Positions 1-12,023 of a DNA stretch of 64,000 nucleotides are shown here, piece after piece. The notes under the pieces were generated by a model, which saw only the letters and a program-made list of their open reading frames with translations, did no database searches and was not told where the DNA came from. The translations under genes and the position numbers were made by a program. The first letter of the stretch is position 1. The number at the start of each line of letters is the position of its first letter. The stretch comes from Cyanophora paradoxa CCMP329 (taxonomy: Eukaryota; Plantae; Glaucophyta), in the NCBI GenBank assembly GCA_004431415.1, contig QPMI01000477.1, positions 124,001 to 188,000 on the forward strand. The letters are read 5' to 3'.

Positions 1-234
1 AAATGCTTGTGATGTCGGCATTGGCCTGCAGCTGGACAAATACAGCTGCAAGGTGCAGTCTAGATCTCATGGTCAGCCCCCCCGTTCAAACATCGCTGCG
101 CGATTTCTCGGGGCCATGCTTCCGATTTCGAAGAAACTCAACTTTGAACAGTACGAGGTGATCATGAATCTGAGTTGCAATTGACGCTCCTCTCTCTTAT
201 CTATTAGTATTTGACTCGTAACCATCGCGATCAG

Positions 235-831
235 ACTTTCCACACCTGCTTGCAACGCTGCATGTGGAAACAGGGACCGGATGATCCTTTTTGGGACTAC
301 CGAGACGCCTTGCAGCTCGCCCGGGTGAGGACTTGCACTATCTACGTATACGCGATGCCGTGGCTGCGGTGGTCATCTAGATCTTTGAGCTTCAGAGCAG
401 ATCAACTGGAAGATCGACAGCGGCAAGTTCGGTGTAATGAGCCGCGAGGCGTTCGAGCGATCGATGTCGACTCTGACCGACGCGTACGTCGAAGTCACCG
501 GAGAGCAGCCGATCGCCGTCCCGATCCGCCTCCTCCTCATCGGGGCAGGCCTTCCCGACGACCTCGGTGTCGCCTTTCTTATCGTCATCGCCGAGGTGTG
601 CAGAAATACAAGAAATCTAATCTATAGATGCAATCGTGCGAATTCGAAGTACTGAAACAAGAAACGGCTGATTTTTCTTTTGTAAACGTATATTTCCGCA
701 GGTAGTCACCACGACAAGCGCGCCCTGGCCATCGCATTTCAGCCGCCATTCGCATGCATATGGTCTGAATCGAACCCATGGCCAGCTGCAGCATGCGCAT
801 CCCCTCGAGCTCGCACTCCGTCAGTGGACTG
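235..831 (+). CDS. Putative exons of an unknown gene, probably partial and starting upstream
   Basis: Exon-like segments bounded by AG/GT join in frame: TFHTCLQRCMWKQGPDDPFWDYRDALQLAR |gtgag...cag| INWKIDSGKFGVMSREAFERSMSTLTDAYVEVTGEQPIAVPIRLLLIGAGLPDDLGVAFLIVIAE |gtgtgc. No family recognised. Confidence 0.35.
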
Positions 832-2452
832 GTGAGCTCGCAACTCCAATCGCATAGGTTATAATTATTCGGATAACATCGATCGCGATCGAATATCTAA
901 TGAGATGTATCTTTTCAGACGTACCTCTTTCCTCTGCCACTCCCAAGGCAATTCTTCGCACCCTCAGCAGGCACCAGCTGCCCCCCAAGTCTCAGCTGCC
1001 GCAATCCCCTCTAAATCTGGCGACGAATGTGCGCATGCGGCCTAGTCCTGGCGTGGGCGGGGAAAAGAGCTCGCCGAAAAGCTCGGTCCCTCGAGGCGGG
1101 CGCATGCCAGCTGCGCATGCGGCTAGCGCTATAGCTAGCGCTGTCGCGGCACCGACGGAGCTTCAGAAGGCCGCCCTCCACCGCCGCCTCTCCATCCTCC
1201 TCGATCAGCAATGCCCGTAAGTAGCTATATAGGCCTAGGCGCTAATTTATAACCAGTTAGTAAATATACACGCATTAAAAGTATAATCGATCCATCCAAC
1301 AAAGATATGCAGTGATCATGACGCAGTCATTTGATCGATGAATCAGTACTTGTGCCGCAGTGTACAGACTTAGGGTATTTATATATAAGATTTAGACCTT
1401 TTCATCCTGATGGCAACCAGTCGCGCTATTTTTTTAATTATATTTAATGTTCAGTTGTTTTTTGTCTCTGATATCGATGCATTAGACAATAATGATCGAT
1501 ATCATGATACAGTCTCCAGTTTTGCAAATGAACTTCGGAACAAGTGCTGGCTCGCTGGCTTACCGTACCCACGAATTCGAATTTTCGAATTCGAAGTGAC
1601 CTATGATCAGTGAAGACATGTGCACCGTGCGGCGGCCGCGGGCAGCTGCAGGGGCGCGCACGCGTTGGCGGGCCTATTAATATCGCCACTGTACATGTTT
1701 TGCCGGGGGTCCTACGTATATACGGTTAAGACCGTCAGACCTCCTATTGGTTTTTGATCCTAGAGCATAACAAGGGTGCCACGGTGAGATGTAGATAGGC
1801 ACTATATAGCTAATTAATTATAACAGCTCAGAGACCGTTGGAGGTGGAAATTCTAATTTAGCGGGGCGAGCGGGGACAAGAATCCGATGATCATTGAATT
1901 GGTCGAAATTGCATCCGATGCATATGCATATGATCCAAGTATATCCGGAAAATGAAGAAACTCCGGATCCCCCGCCCGGCGCCCCCGCGAGTCCAGCTCC
2001 CTCTCCCGCCTCGGCGCATAGTTACCCCAGTATTTGTTGCACATTTTGTCGGCGCCTAGCGCCAGATCCTATCAGGCCCGGGCCCTGACAGTCCCTCGTG
2101 TGCGGCTGGGGGGCCCATGTCCTACCAATAGAGTACCGTGGGGCTGAGAGGCCTCACCCCTCCTGGAAATGTCCTGAAATTATATACGACATCAGCGCCG
2201 TGTAGCTACGCCCGCCCCGGCCTGCCCTGGCCTGCCCCCGGCCCGGGCCCTGGAAGAGAGCCTCGCCTTGGCCTCGCCTAGCCGCCCCAGCGTCGCCCAC
2301 CCCTAGGCCTAGGCCTCCCCGCGATCGAGCTCCCACACTGGGGCCACGCAAGAAGCACGTGCACGTGCGCATGCACGCACACCGCGAGCTAGATCTGGAG
2401 CAACACGAGCTCGAGAACGGAGAATCCAAGGGGAAGGGCGCGCTATAAATAG

Positions 2453-5349
2453 CTACGGAGAGAAGATCTCGCGGATGACGACGAAGGCGCCGCGCTCGGG
2501 CGGCAGGTTCTTCCCCCCGCCCGCGTCGAAGATCGGGCTCTGCCGCCGCCTCAAGGATAAGAAGAAGAAGGGAGGGGGCGGGGGCGGGGCGGGGCGGGGC
2601 GCACGGAGAGGGACCACCAGACGTCCTGGAGCAGCGTGAGGAAGCAGAAGAGCAGCGCCAGCGTCAGCACCCCGTTCCCTGAGACGCGGGTCGGGCGCGG
2701 CGGGGCGGGCGGCCGGGGCGGGGGGGCGGGCGGGGGCGGGAAGCGGGCCGCCGCACCCTGGATCATGGCGAGGCCCTTGGCGAAGACGTGGATGCGCTTC
2801 ATCCGCCGCACCGCCAGGAACACCAGCCTGGGGGGTATGAGGGTTGGGGGGCGGGGGTAGAGTACGAGGCCGCGCGCGCTCACCACGCGGTGACTGCAAG
2901 GAGTGCCCGGAAAGAGGAGAGAGGGTGCGAGGAGGAAGTGAGCAGAGGACTATGGGCCACCGGAGGGTACGCGCGCACTGATCTTGAACGCCATGCACAT
3001 GAGCGTGACCTGGAGGCAAGAAAGGGCACGTCGTCGGACACGGGTACGGGGGTCTGGAAGGACTCAGGTCACGGGGGTACCTGCACGAGCATCCTGAAGT
3101 CGGTGTGCAGGTCGGGGTGCGCCATGCCGATGAACTGCGTACCCAGCCCGGAATCAATCAGTAAAACGATCGGGACGGGTACGGGGTCGGCGCACGTGGG
3201 GGTAGAAGACGATGTTGTCTCCGACGGTGCGAAGGAGGAAGACGTACAGGATGAAGATTCCCTGGCAGAAGGGGCTGCGCGGGGTACGGCCGGAAGAAAG
3301 TCGGCCGGCGCGGCGCTCGACGAGGGGTACGGCATCGCAGCGCACTCCATCCAGGCCCGGACGAAGTACTGGATCGTGAACTCCTGCGGGGGAGAATCGT
3401 ACGCGGGACGGGGGAGAAAAGCGCCGGGGGTACGCGTCGAACCTCGAGGTACATGAGGTACTGATGGGGGGAGAACCCAGCGGTCAGGACGAGGGGAGGG
3501 GAGGCGGGGGTACGGGCACCTCGTCGGCCTCGAGCTGCCAGCGCTCCTGGACGGCCTCCGACCCCATCGTGCTCAGCTTGCGGATCCGCTGCGGCGAAAG
3601 TGAGGGGGTACGGGCGCCAAGGCGGGGGCCGGGGCGGGCCCTGCGGTCCTGCTCCTCGACGTCGCGCTGCGTCAGGCCGAGGAGCCGCCGACGGTCCACG
3701 TCCGTCCAGATCGACTGCCCCGAAAATCAGGGGGGGGGGAGGAAAGCAGCCGGGGTTACGGCGCGCGGGCGCGCCTGGCGGCGGATGGACGCGGCGCGGC
3801 CCACGGGGGCGGTGGTCGCCCGCTGCCCCGGGGTTTAACCCCCCCGGGGCCGGGGCGGGACGGGGCGGGGCGGGGCGGGGGTACGGCGCGCCTGGATGTC
3901 GTTCCAGAGGCGGGGGCGCGGGCCTCGCCGGCGGCGGCGGCGCGGGGCCCCTCGCCGTCCGAGTGGCCCCCGGCCGGCCGCAGCGCCTCGCGGCTCCGCC
4001 TGCGGCCCCGGCCTGCCCGACCGCCTCAGCAGCTCGCGCCCGTCCGTCGGGCTCGCGGGGGCGCGCACGAGGCCGCCGGCGCCGGCTGAGGAGAAGAGGT
4101 CCCCCGCCGAGCTCCCCGCCCCCCCTCCTCCTCGTCGGCCATGTCCACCTGCCGCCCGCCCCGCCGCCGCGCCTCAGGCCGCCGCGCCGCAGAAGGGGAA
4201 TGAGGGGCAGGGGCGGGCCTTGAGGGCGGGGCACGAGGCGACGGTGCGGAGGAGCGGGGCCCGCCCCGACGTGCGCTTCCCCGCCTCCTCCCCTTCCTCC
4301 TCGCCCTCCTCCGCGTCGAGGGCGGCCGGCGCGGCCGCCGGCGCGAAGACCACCGCGCGCCGCTGCGGCCGCCGCCGCTCCTTGCCGCTCGCCGGCGCCG
4401 GGCCCCGCCCCGCCTCCGGCCCCGCCTCCGGCCCCTCGGCCGTCCCCGCCGCCGCCTCCTCAGCCTTCGCCTCGGCGCCCGCCAGCGCGGGATCCGCCCC
4501 CGCATCATCAGCCTCCTCCTTCGCGTGCGCCGCAGCCTCCGCCTCCGCCTCGGCCGGCGCGGCCCCCGCCGCCGCCTCCGCGGCCGGCTTCGCCCCCGCC
4601 GCCTCCCCGCCCCGCCCTCCTCGCCGTCCACCGTCGCAACCGCCATGCGGATGGCGGAAGGGGCGGCGGCGGGGACTGCCCGGTCCGCCGCGAGGCTCGC
4701 GGGGGCCGCGCCGCCGCGGCAGCGGTCTTCGCAGGCTCGTCCGAGCGCGGGCGGCCGCTGGCAGCAGCGGCTCGCCCCGGCCGCGCCCCGCCTCCGCCGC
4801 CTCCGCCGCCTCCGCCGCCGAGCGCGCCTCGGCCTCGGCCGCAGCCACCGCCGCGTCGGCCGCCGCTGCGCCGGCCGCCGCGTCGGCGGCGCGGCCGCTG
4901 GGGCGGGGGCGGGGTACGGCACCGTCGAGGTCGGTGCGGGAATTGGAGGAGGAGCCGGCGTCGGAGGCGTCGTCGGGACGGCCAGGCCCGGGCCCTCTCC
5001 CTGCGCCGGCGCTCGCGCCCGGCGGGGGGGGGGGGGGGGGGGGGGGGGAGGGGGGGGTACGGTGGAGCACCCTTGGAAGACGCTTAGAGGCCGGTCGTCC
5101 TTGAGGGGCCCGACGCGGCCCCCGAGGGAGAAGACGAGCCAGATCACGTAGCTGGGCCGGGGGCGGGCGAAGCTAAGGCGAAGCTAAGGAGGGCGGGGCG
5201 GGGGGCGGGGGCGGACTTCTGGGCGCGCCAGGCGGTCTTCTTGACGCGGACGGCGAGGAGGAGGTTCGAGAGGGCGATCGAGGCGAAGGCCGTGAGGAGC
5301 ACCCGCCAGCTCTCCACCCGCGTGAACAGGCTCACGTAGTAGAAGTTCT

Positions 5350-5380
<31 letters not shown>

Positions 5381-7647
5381 TCATGGGGCAGGGCGGGGAG
5401 AGGGGAGAGGAGAGGGGGTTAGGACACCTCCAGGATCGTGATGAAGAACTCGTTGATGATGTACACGTCGGCGAACATCCTGCGTACCCGGGATGCGTGA
5501 GGGGCGGGGAGGGGAGAGAGACCGGGCGGGGAGAGAGGCGGGCGAAAACAAAGGCCGGCCGCACCAGTCCTCTGGGCGTGGGGCGAGGGCGGGCGCCGGA
5601 GATGGTCAGCGCGAAAGGCGGGGCACGCAAGCGGGTGCGGGCCGCGCCGCACCGCTCTGCGGGGCGGCCAACTTGGCGAACTGGCGGGTCACCTGAGCCA
5701 GGACGCCCCCGACCACGACCTGCGTGGGCGACGCCGTAAGGGGTGCGCCGTTGATTGCGGAAGGGGGGGGGTAGGGGTGCCTGGAAGCCGAGGAGGACGG
5801 CGAGCGAGGTGGTCTGCGGGGGCGGCGCGCGCTTCACGTAGTACCTGGGGGTACGCGGTTACCGGGGAGGGCGCGGGCGGGGCGGGCGCGCGGGCCAGCG
5901 GACCAGCCGGGCTCCACCACCGCAGCCGCCGCCGCCGCCGCGGCCGCCGCTGCCGCCGGGTCCTCGCCGGTGGAGAGGCCGGCCGCCGCCGCCGCCGCCG
6001 CCGCAGCGGTGGCCGCCGCCTCCCTCGGGCGCTGCTTCGCGTCCTCGACCTGCGAGCGAGGGCCGGCTCGGATCCGCGGGGGCCCCCTGCGTCCACCGGG
6101 ACCGGGCGAGGGGGCGGCGGGGCGGGGGCGGGCCTGGTAGCGGGAGCGGAGCTGCGGGGAGCGGGCGGCCTCGAGGACGGCCCGGAGCTCGGCGACCTCG
6201 GCGGGGTCCGAGCCGGAGCCCACGAGGAACATCCGGTCTGAGGCGGGCGGGCGCCGGCGCTCGGAGGGGGCCCGCCCCGCGCCCCGGGGGGGAGAGGGGG
6301 GGGGTACCCTGGGGGACGAGGCGGGGGAAGATCTCGTGCGTGAAGAGCAGCATGGACGCCCAGAAGAGCGCGAGGGAGAAGCCCCTGCACGCCGGCCCGG
6401 GTCGGCTCGCGCGGGGGCAGCGGGGCGGGGGCGGGGGCGGGGCGGACCAGGCGCCGAGGAGGAGGACCTTCTTGAAAATGCCGTGCGGGAAGCGCGACCC
6501 CGAGGGGCTGGAGGCCCCGCGCCCGCCCCGCCCCGTCAGAGGAAGCGGCGGGGGGCCGGCCCCGGCAGCGGACCTGTTGCGGATGAAGCGGAGCCAGAAG
6601 CCGACGAGGAGGACCGTGCACGTCGCCGCGAAGATGGCCGCCACCATGAGCGAGCCGAGCCAGTCGCTGGCAGCGGGGGCGGGGGCGGGAGGCGTGAGGC
6701 CGGCGCTGCGGCGGGGACGCGGCGCAGCTGCGCGGGGCGGACGAGTCGAGGGCGTCGAGGCGCCAGGCGAGGGGCTCGTAGACGAGGAAGACGAGGACGA
6801 GGAGGGCGAGCTCGGCGACGAGCAGGGCGCGCAGGCCCGTGCGGAAGAACCACGCGAAGACCAGCACCGCCGGCACCACCTGCGCGCCGCCCGCCCAGGC
6901 TCGGCGCGCCCGGCGCGGCCGGGCCGAGCCGGCTCGCGCGCTCGCTCGCGCGCGCGCCTTCCAGGGCCAGTAGAGGAGCTCGTGGGCGAGCATGTAGAGC
7001 CAGGGGCGGCGGATGGCCGGCGAGGCGGCCAGGTCGGAGTCCAGCGGGATGATCACCCAGAGCCCGACCAGCAGCGGCCTGCCCGCCGCCCCGCCCGCTC
7101 GCCGCCGCTGCGGAGGGCGAGGCGAGGGGAGGGCGGCGGCAGCTACGGGATCATGAAGAGCAGGATGGTGGGGAGCAGGCGGAGGTTGTCGATGGCGTGC
7201 CCAAGGGTGTTCAGGTCGATCTGCGGACCCGGCGCGAGGCGCGTCAGCCGGCGACCGCGGGCCAACACGCTGTACCGATGCGCTCTGTAGAGCGCCGCTG
7301 AACGGAGCGCGCTCACCCATGCATCATAGAAGCGGAAGTGTCCGAGGAGGGACGAAACTGCGCGCGGGCGGTTGGGGAGCGGCTGGCGTTGGCGCGTGAC
7401 GTTGGAGCGCACGGGTCGAGGCTCTTTTGATCGCTGTGCTCCAGCGCTTCTTCTGTACCGCAGTGCTTGAAGACGGCCGCGTGCGGGCACCGCGCTTGTC
7501 GCGGAAGAGGCTGAACAGCTTCGACCAGAGGTTCGGGGCGGACGAGGACGAACTTGAATCGCTCCCCGTCGGGCTGGGGGCGGGGGCGGGACGCTCAGGC
7601 GGCTCTGCCGGGGCCGGTGCAGTGGCCGAGTCCCCGCGGCCGGCCAT
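2453..7647 (-). CDS. Uncharacterised multi-pass membrane protein, many short introns, long low-complexity internal loop
   Basis: ATG at 7647 (MAGRGDSATAPAP). Spliced exons give many hydrophobic helices: LLPTILLFMIP, VVPAVLVFAWFF, LLVAELALLVLVFLVY, MVAAIFAATCTVLLVGFW, FSLALFWASMLLF, VLLTAFASIALSNLLLAV, GIFILYVFLL, VLTLALLFCFLTLL. Ends ...AFVVIREIFSP* at 2453. Ala/Glu/Pro-rich loop at about 3.9-5.1 kb. Could be two genes. Confidence 0.6.
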
Positions 7648-7686
7648 GGGCCTGTTCACGGCCGGAGTCGTGGCCCGACTCGTGGG

Positions 7687-7740
7687 TCGATTGGCTAAGG
7701 CTCGATTGGCTCGGGGGGGGGGGGGGGGGGGGGGGGGGGG
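7687..7740. promoter_or_regulatory. Two tandem CCAAT boxes plus a poly-G tract in a bidirectional promoter
   Basis: TCGATTGGCT at 7687-7696 and 7702-7711 (CCAAT on the minus strand), then a G run at 7713-7740, between divergent ATGs at 7647(-) and 7840(+). Confidence 0.5.
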
Positions 7741-7839
7741 AAGGGGGGAGGAAGGCGCGAGGGCTTGCTCCCCCCTGCGAAATTTGAGGGTACAGCGTCA
7801 GTGAAGCAAGGCTCCTTGGCGCTCCAGCTAGTACGAAAG

Positions 7840-10800
7840 ATGCCGCCTCCGCCGTCAGCGCAGCCGGTCTCCCTGAATGACGATTTGTGGAAGCATCTGG
7901 AAGTGAAGCCAGACCCGGATGTGCTGGTTCTGGACGAGCCCGATTCTGACCCGCCGGCGGACGAGCCGGTTCGCCCCGGAGGCCGTGCTGGGGCCTGCTT
8001 GCACGTCTAACGTCGCTGCAGGTCATCGAAGAGCCCGCGCCGGCGCCGCAGCCAGAGAAGCCGGTGCAGTCGGACTCCAAGCAGCCGACCGAGGCCGCCC
8101 AGGAGTCCCAGGCGCCTGCACAGAGCGTTAGTGCACCCTCCACCGAGGTCGGCCCCCCTCCGCTTCGCCCCGGCGGCAACGCTGACCGAGGCTCCTAGGC
8201 GACGGGCGAGTCCAAGGTGGGGACTCGCTCCTTCAAGGACGACTCGGAGTCGTCCGCGGACCATGGGAACGACGACAAGGGTGCCGGCAACGCTTCTAGC
8301 GAGGTACGAGTCGCCCTCCGCCACACCGCGTGGCGCGCCGAACGCTTCGCGCACAGGGCGCCAACGGCAACCGCGACGTGGACGATCTGCTCTCGGATCT
8401 GTTCGGCATCCCTCAGGAGAGCCCTGCGGGCGATGCAAATGCCGCCGCGTCGGCGGGAGCCGCCAGCGAGCCGGCGGTCGTGCCTGCGGCCGCAGGCGAG
8501 CCGCCGGCGTCTCCGGCGGCAGATGCGAGCGCCGGGCCGGCGGGCGAGCGGTCCGCCGCACCGGTTCGCCCCGCGCAGCGCTCGCGGGTCGCCGCGGCGG
8601 TCGCTGAGGGACGGGGCCGCGCAGGTTGCGCCGGTGAGCCCCGACGTGCAGGGGCTCCTCGCCTCCATCTTCGGGTCGGGCGCCGCCCCCGGCGAGCAGG
8701 CCCCGACCCCCGCCCCGGCCGACGAGCCGACCCCGGAGGAGCCGACCCCGGAGGAGCAGACTCAGGCCCCGGCGGAGCCTCCGGTGCGCGCTGCAGGATT
8801 GCTGTTTTCTTCTGCCGCCGCTCTGATCGCTGGTTTGTTGTCGTGCTGCAGGCACCGGCCGACGCGCAGCCTCCGACCGATGGCTTCCCGCCCCCGACCG
8901 ACGGCTTCCCGCCCGCCCAGCTGCCGGAGCAGTCTCAGGGCCAGCCGCCGGCCGACGCCCCGGCTCCGTTCGACGGCCAGCCGCCGGCCGAGCCCGCGGC
9001 GCCGGCAGCTGAACAGACGCAGCAGCCATCAACCTCTGAAGAGATTGCGAACATCGCGGCTTCGCTCTTCGGGACGGGCGCCGGCGCCGGCGCCGGCTCG
9101 CAGGCGCAGCCTCCCGCCGAGTCGCAGCCGCCGGCCGACGCCCCGGCTCCGTTCGACTCCCAGCCGCCGGCCGAGCCCGCGGCGCCGGCAGCTGAGCAGT
9201 CGCAGCAGCCGCCGACTCCCAGCAAGGTGTCGGACATCATGGCTTCCCTCTTCGGGACGGGCGCCGGCGCCGGCTCGCAGGCGCAGCCCCCGCCGAGTCG
9301 CAGCCGCCGGCCGACGCCCCGGCTCCGTTCGGCTCCCAGCCGCCGGCCGAGCCCGCGGCGCCGGCAGCTGAGCAGTCGCAGCAGCCGCCGATTCCCAGCG
9401 AGGTGTCGGACATCATGGCTTCCCTCTTCGGGACGGGCGCCGGCGCCGGCTCGCAGGCGCAGCCCCCCGCCGAGTCGCAGCCGCCGGCCGACGCCCCGGC
9501 TCCGTTCGGCTCCCAGCCGCCGGCCGAGCCCGCGGCGCCGGCAGCTGAGCAGTCGCAGCAGCCGCCGACTCCCAGCGAGGTGTCGGACATCATGGCTTCC
9601 CTCTTCGGGACGGGCGCCGGCGCCGGCTCGCAGGCGCAGCCCCCCGCCGAGTCGCAGCCGCCGGCCGACGCCCCGGCTCCGTTCGACTCCCAGCCGCCGG
9701 CCGAGCCCGCGGCGCCGGCAGCTGAGCAGTCGCAGCAGCCGCCGACTCCCAGCGAGGTGTCGGACATCATGGCTTCCCTCTTCGGGACGGGCGCCGGCGC
9801 CGGCTCGCAGGCGCAGCCCCCCGCCGAGTCGCAGCCGCCGGCCGACGCCCCGGCTCCGTTCGACTCCCAGCCGCCGGCCGAGCCCGCGGCGCCGGCAGCT
9901 GAGCAGTCGCAGCAGCCGCCGACTCCCAGCAAGGTGTCGGACATCATGGCTTCCCTCTTCGGGACGGGCGCCGGCGCCGGCTCGCAGGGGCAGCCTCCCG
10001 CCGAGTCGCAGCCGCCGGCCGACGCCCCGGCTCCGTTTGGCTCCCAGCCGCCGGCCGAGCCCGCGGCGCCGGCAGCTGAGCAGTCGCAGCAGCCGACGAG
10101 CTCTGAAGAGATTGAGAACATCGCGGCTTCCCTCTTCGGGAGGGGCGCCGGCGCCGGCTCGCAGGCGCAGCCCCCCGCCGAGTCGCAGCCGCCGGCCGAC
10201 GCCCCGGCTCCGTTTGGCTCCCAGCCGCCGGCCGAGCCCGCGGCGCCGGCAGCTGAGCAGTCGCAGCAGCCGACGAGCTCTGAAGAGATTGAGAACATCG
10301 CGGCTTCCCTCTTCGGGACGGGCGCCGGCGCCGGCTCGCAGGGGCAGCCCCCCGCCGAGTCGCAGGCGGCGCCGGGCGTGGAGGAGACGGCGGCACCGGT
10401 GGAGGAGAGCAGCAGCGCGGCGGCGGCCCTCAGCGACCTCCTCGCTGACCTGGCGGCCGGCACGAGCAGCGATGCCGAGCCCGTGCGCCCGGCCCCCGCC
10501 CTCACCCCGCTTTCCTCACTCGCGCCCCGCAGGCCGCGCCGACCCAGAGCGCCGGCCATGAGGGCGGGTACGGGCAGGGCACCGGCTACGGGCAGGCCGA
10601 GGGCGAGGGCAGCGGGGAAGGCGCGGGGTCGGGCAGCGGCGGCGCCCCGGCCGGCCAGTCGTACCTCGACATGCTCATGTACGGCGCCGGCGGCCAGCCC
10701 CCCGCGGACGGCGCCGGCAACGGCAGCGGCAGCACCTCGGAGCCGGCACCGTCGTACGACTCCGGCTACGGCTACGGCAACGCCGGCGGCGACAGCGGCG

Positions 10801-11084
10801 CCGGCGCGGGCGCAGGCCAGGCCCAGGGGCAGCAGTACTACGAGGGCGGCCAGGAGTACCAGGCCGACGGCTCCGCCGAGGTCGAGGTGCGCCCTGTACC
10901 CCCGCCCCCCGCTGCGCCGGCGCTGAGGGCGGGGGCGCAGGAGTGGGCCTACGCGGAGGGGCCGGCGGCGTCGGAGGCGGAGGCGGAGGAGGGGTACGTC
11001 GAGGCGGACGCGGACGCGGAGGCGCTGGCGGAGGCGGCGGCGGCGGAGGGCGCCCTCGAGGCCGCCGACGAGGCCGCCTTCTGA
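7840..11084 (+). CDS. Acidic Pro/Ala/Gln-rich disordered protein with eight ~59-aa tandem repeats
   Basis: ATG 7840 (MPPPPSAQPVSLNDDLWKHLE). Several short introns and a long repeat exon SEVSDIMASLFGTGAGAGSQAQPPAESQPPADAPAPFDSQPPAEPAAPAAEQSQQPPTP. Ends ...LEAADEAAF* at 11084. One apparent -1 frameshift in a C run near 9287-9291. Confidence 0.75.
8937..10365 (+). repeat. Coding tandem repeat, 177-bp unit, about 8 copies
   Basis: GTGTCGGACATCATGGCT recurs at 9227, 9403, 9580, 9757 and 9934 (spacing 176, 177, 177, 177). Variant AACATCGCGGCT units occur at about 9050, 10117 and 10294. Confidence 0.95.
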
Positions 11085-11326
11085 GCGCCGGCCCGCCCGC
11101 CCCTTATCCCGCTGTACATTGCCCGGGCCGGGGCGCCCCGGCCGCCCTCCACAGGCGCCGGGGATCGCGTAGCATCGTAGGGTTCGACGGCTTGTTCTAA
11201 TTACGCATAAATATTTACAGATTTGTGAGCGCCGAAACGTGGCCACGCTAGAGTCAAGCGCGATCTAGAATCACGAGCTGTATAAATCTCCGTCGTCTGG
11301 CCTGCCCTGTTCGTAATCGATATCGA

Positions 11327-11821
11327 TCAGTCGTCGTCGTCGTAGTCGTACGCGTCCTCCTCGTCGTCGGAACTGTCGTGGAGGAGGTACTCCTCGAAGC
11401 GCAGCTCCTCCACCTCGTCCCGCAGGCGCTCGACCTCCGCCTCCAGATCGTCCACCCGCTCCCGCAGCTCCTCATCCTCGGCGTGCTGCCGGCCGGCGCC
11501 GTGGCAGCAACCGTAGAACCGGGCCCGGGCCCGCTCCTCCTCCCGCCTCTGCCGCGCCTCCTCCTCCTTCTTCTTCTTGTGAACGAACTTGCCTAACTCC
11601 CAGAGGCCCAGGACGGCAAGACCGACCGTGACGCCGACGACGACGAGGGCGCCCTTCGCGACGGGCACGACGACGTCGTCTACGATCGATAACTCGCGCT
11701 CCGGGGGGCCCTTCGGCCGAGTCTGCGGCTCCGCTTTCTGGGGCTTCCGCTCAGCCGCGGGTTCCGCTTTCGCATCCGGACGCCGCTTTCTTCCGGACGC
11801 CCGCTTTCCTTGAGCTTGCAT
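11327..11821 (-). CDS. Intronless 164-aa protein: basic N-terminus, one TM helix, coiled coil, acidic tail
   Basis: ATG-to-stop ORF with a hydrophobic stretch VVVPVAKGALVVVGVTVGLAVLGLW followed by KKKKEEEARQRREEER, a heptad ELRERVDDLEAEVERLRDEVEELR, and a DDEEDAYDYDDDD tail. Confidence 0.65.
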   Translation of the reverse strand: MQAQGKRASGRKRRPDAKAEPAAERKPQKAEPQTRPKGPPERELSIVDDVVVPVAKGALVVVGVTVGLAVLGLWELGKFVHKKKKEEEARQRREEERARARFYGCCHGAGRQHAEDEELRERVDDLEAEVERLRDEVEELRFEEYLLHDSSDDEEDAYDYDDDD

Positions 11822-12023
11822 GATAAGGCGTAGCCACGCGGCCGCCCCGGGGCCCGCTCGCTACAGCTGGCTGCCCAAGATCGGGTCGGCTCGAGCTCTC
11901 TAGAGTTTCGGTTGAAAACTCGACCGAAAGCCTTGAAGCCAGACATTAGGGGTCCCAGCGCGGGCAGCTGCTTTGGATCGGCCTGACACGCGCTTGCAAA
12001 GCAGGGTGGGCGGGGGCGCCAAG

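Noticed and set aside
2444-2451. TATAAATA TATA-box candidate
   Set aside because: It lies immediately beyond the stop codon of a minus-strand gene, with no supported plus-strand gene downstream.
9285-9292. Frameshift in the repeat protein as programmed frameshifting or pseudogenisation
   Set aside because: One C is missing from a C run that is one base longer in sister repeats, so this is most likely a homopolymer sequencing error.
8937-10365. Regular repeat array as a possible CRISPR or satellite
   Set aside because: No unique spacers; the unit is 177 bp (a multiple of 3) and encodes a coherent peptide within a spliced gene.
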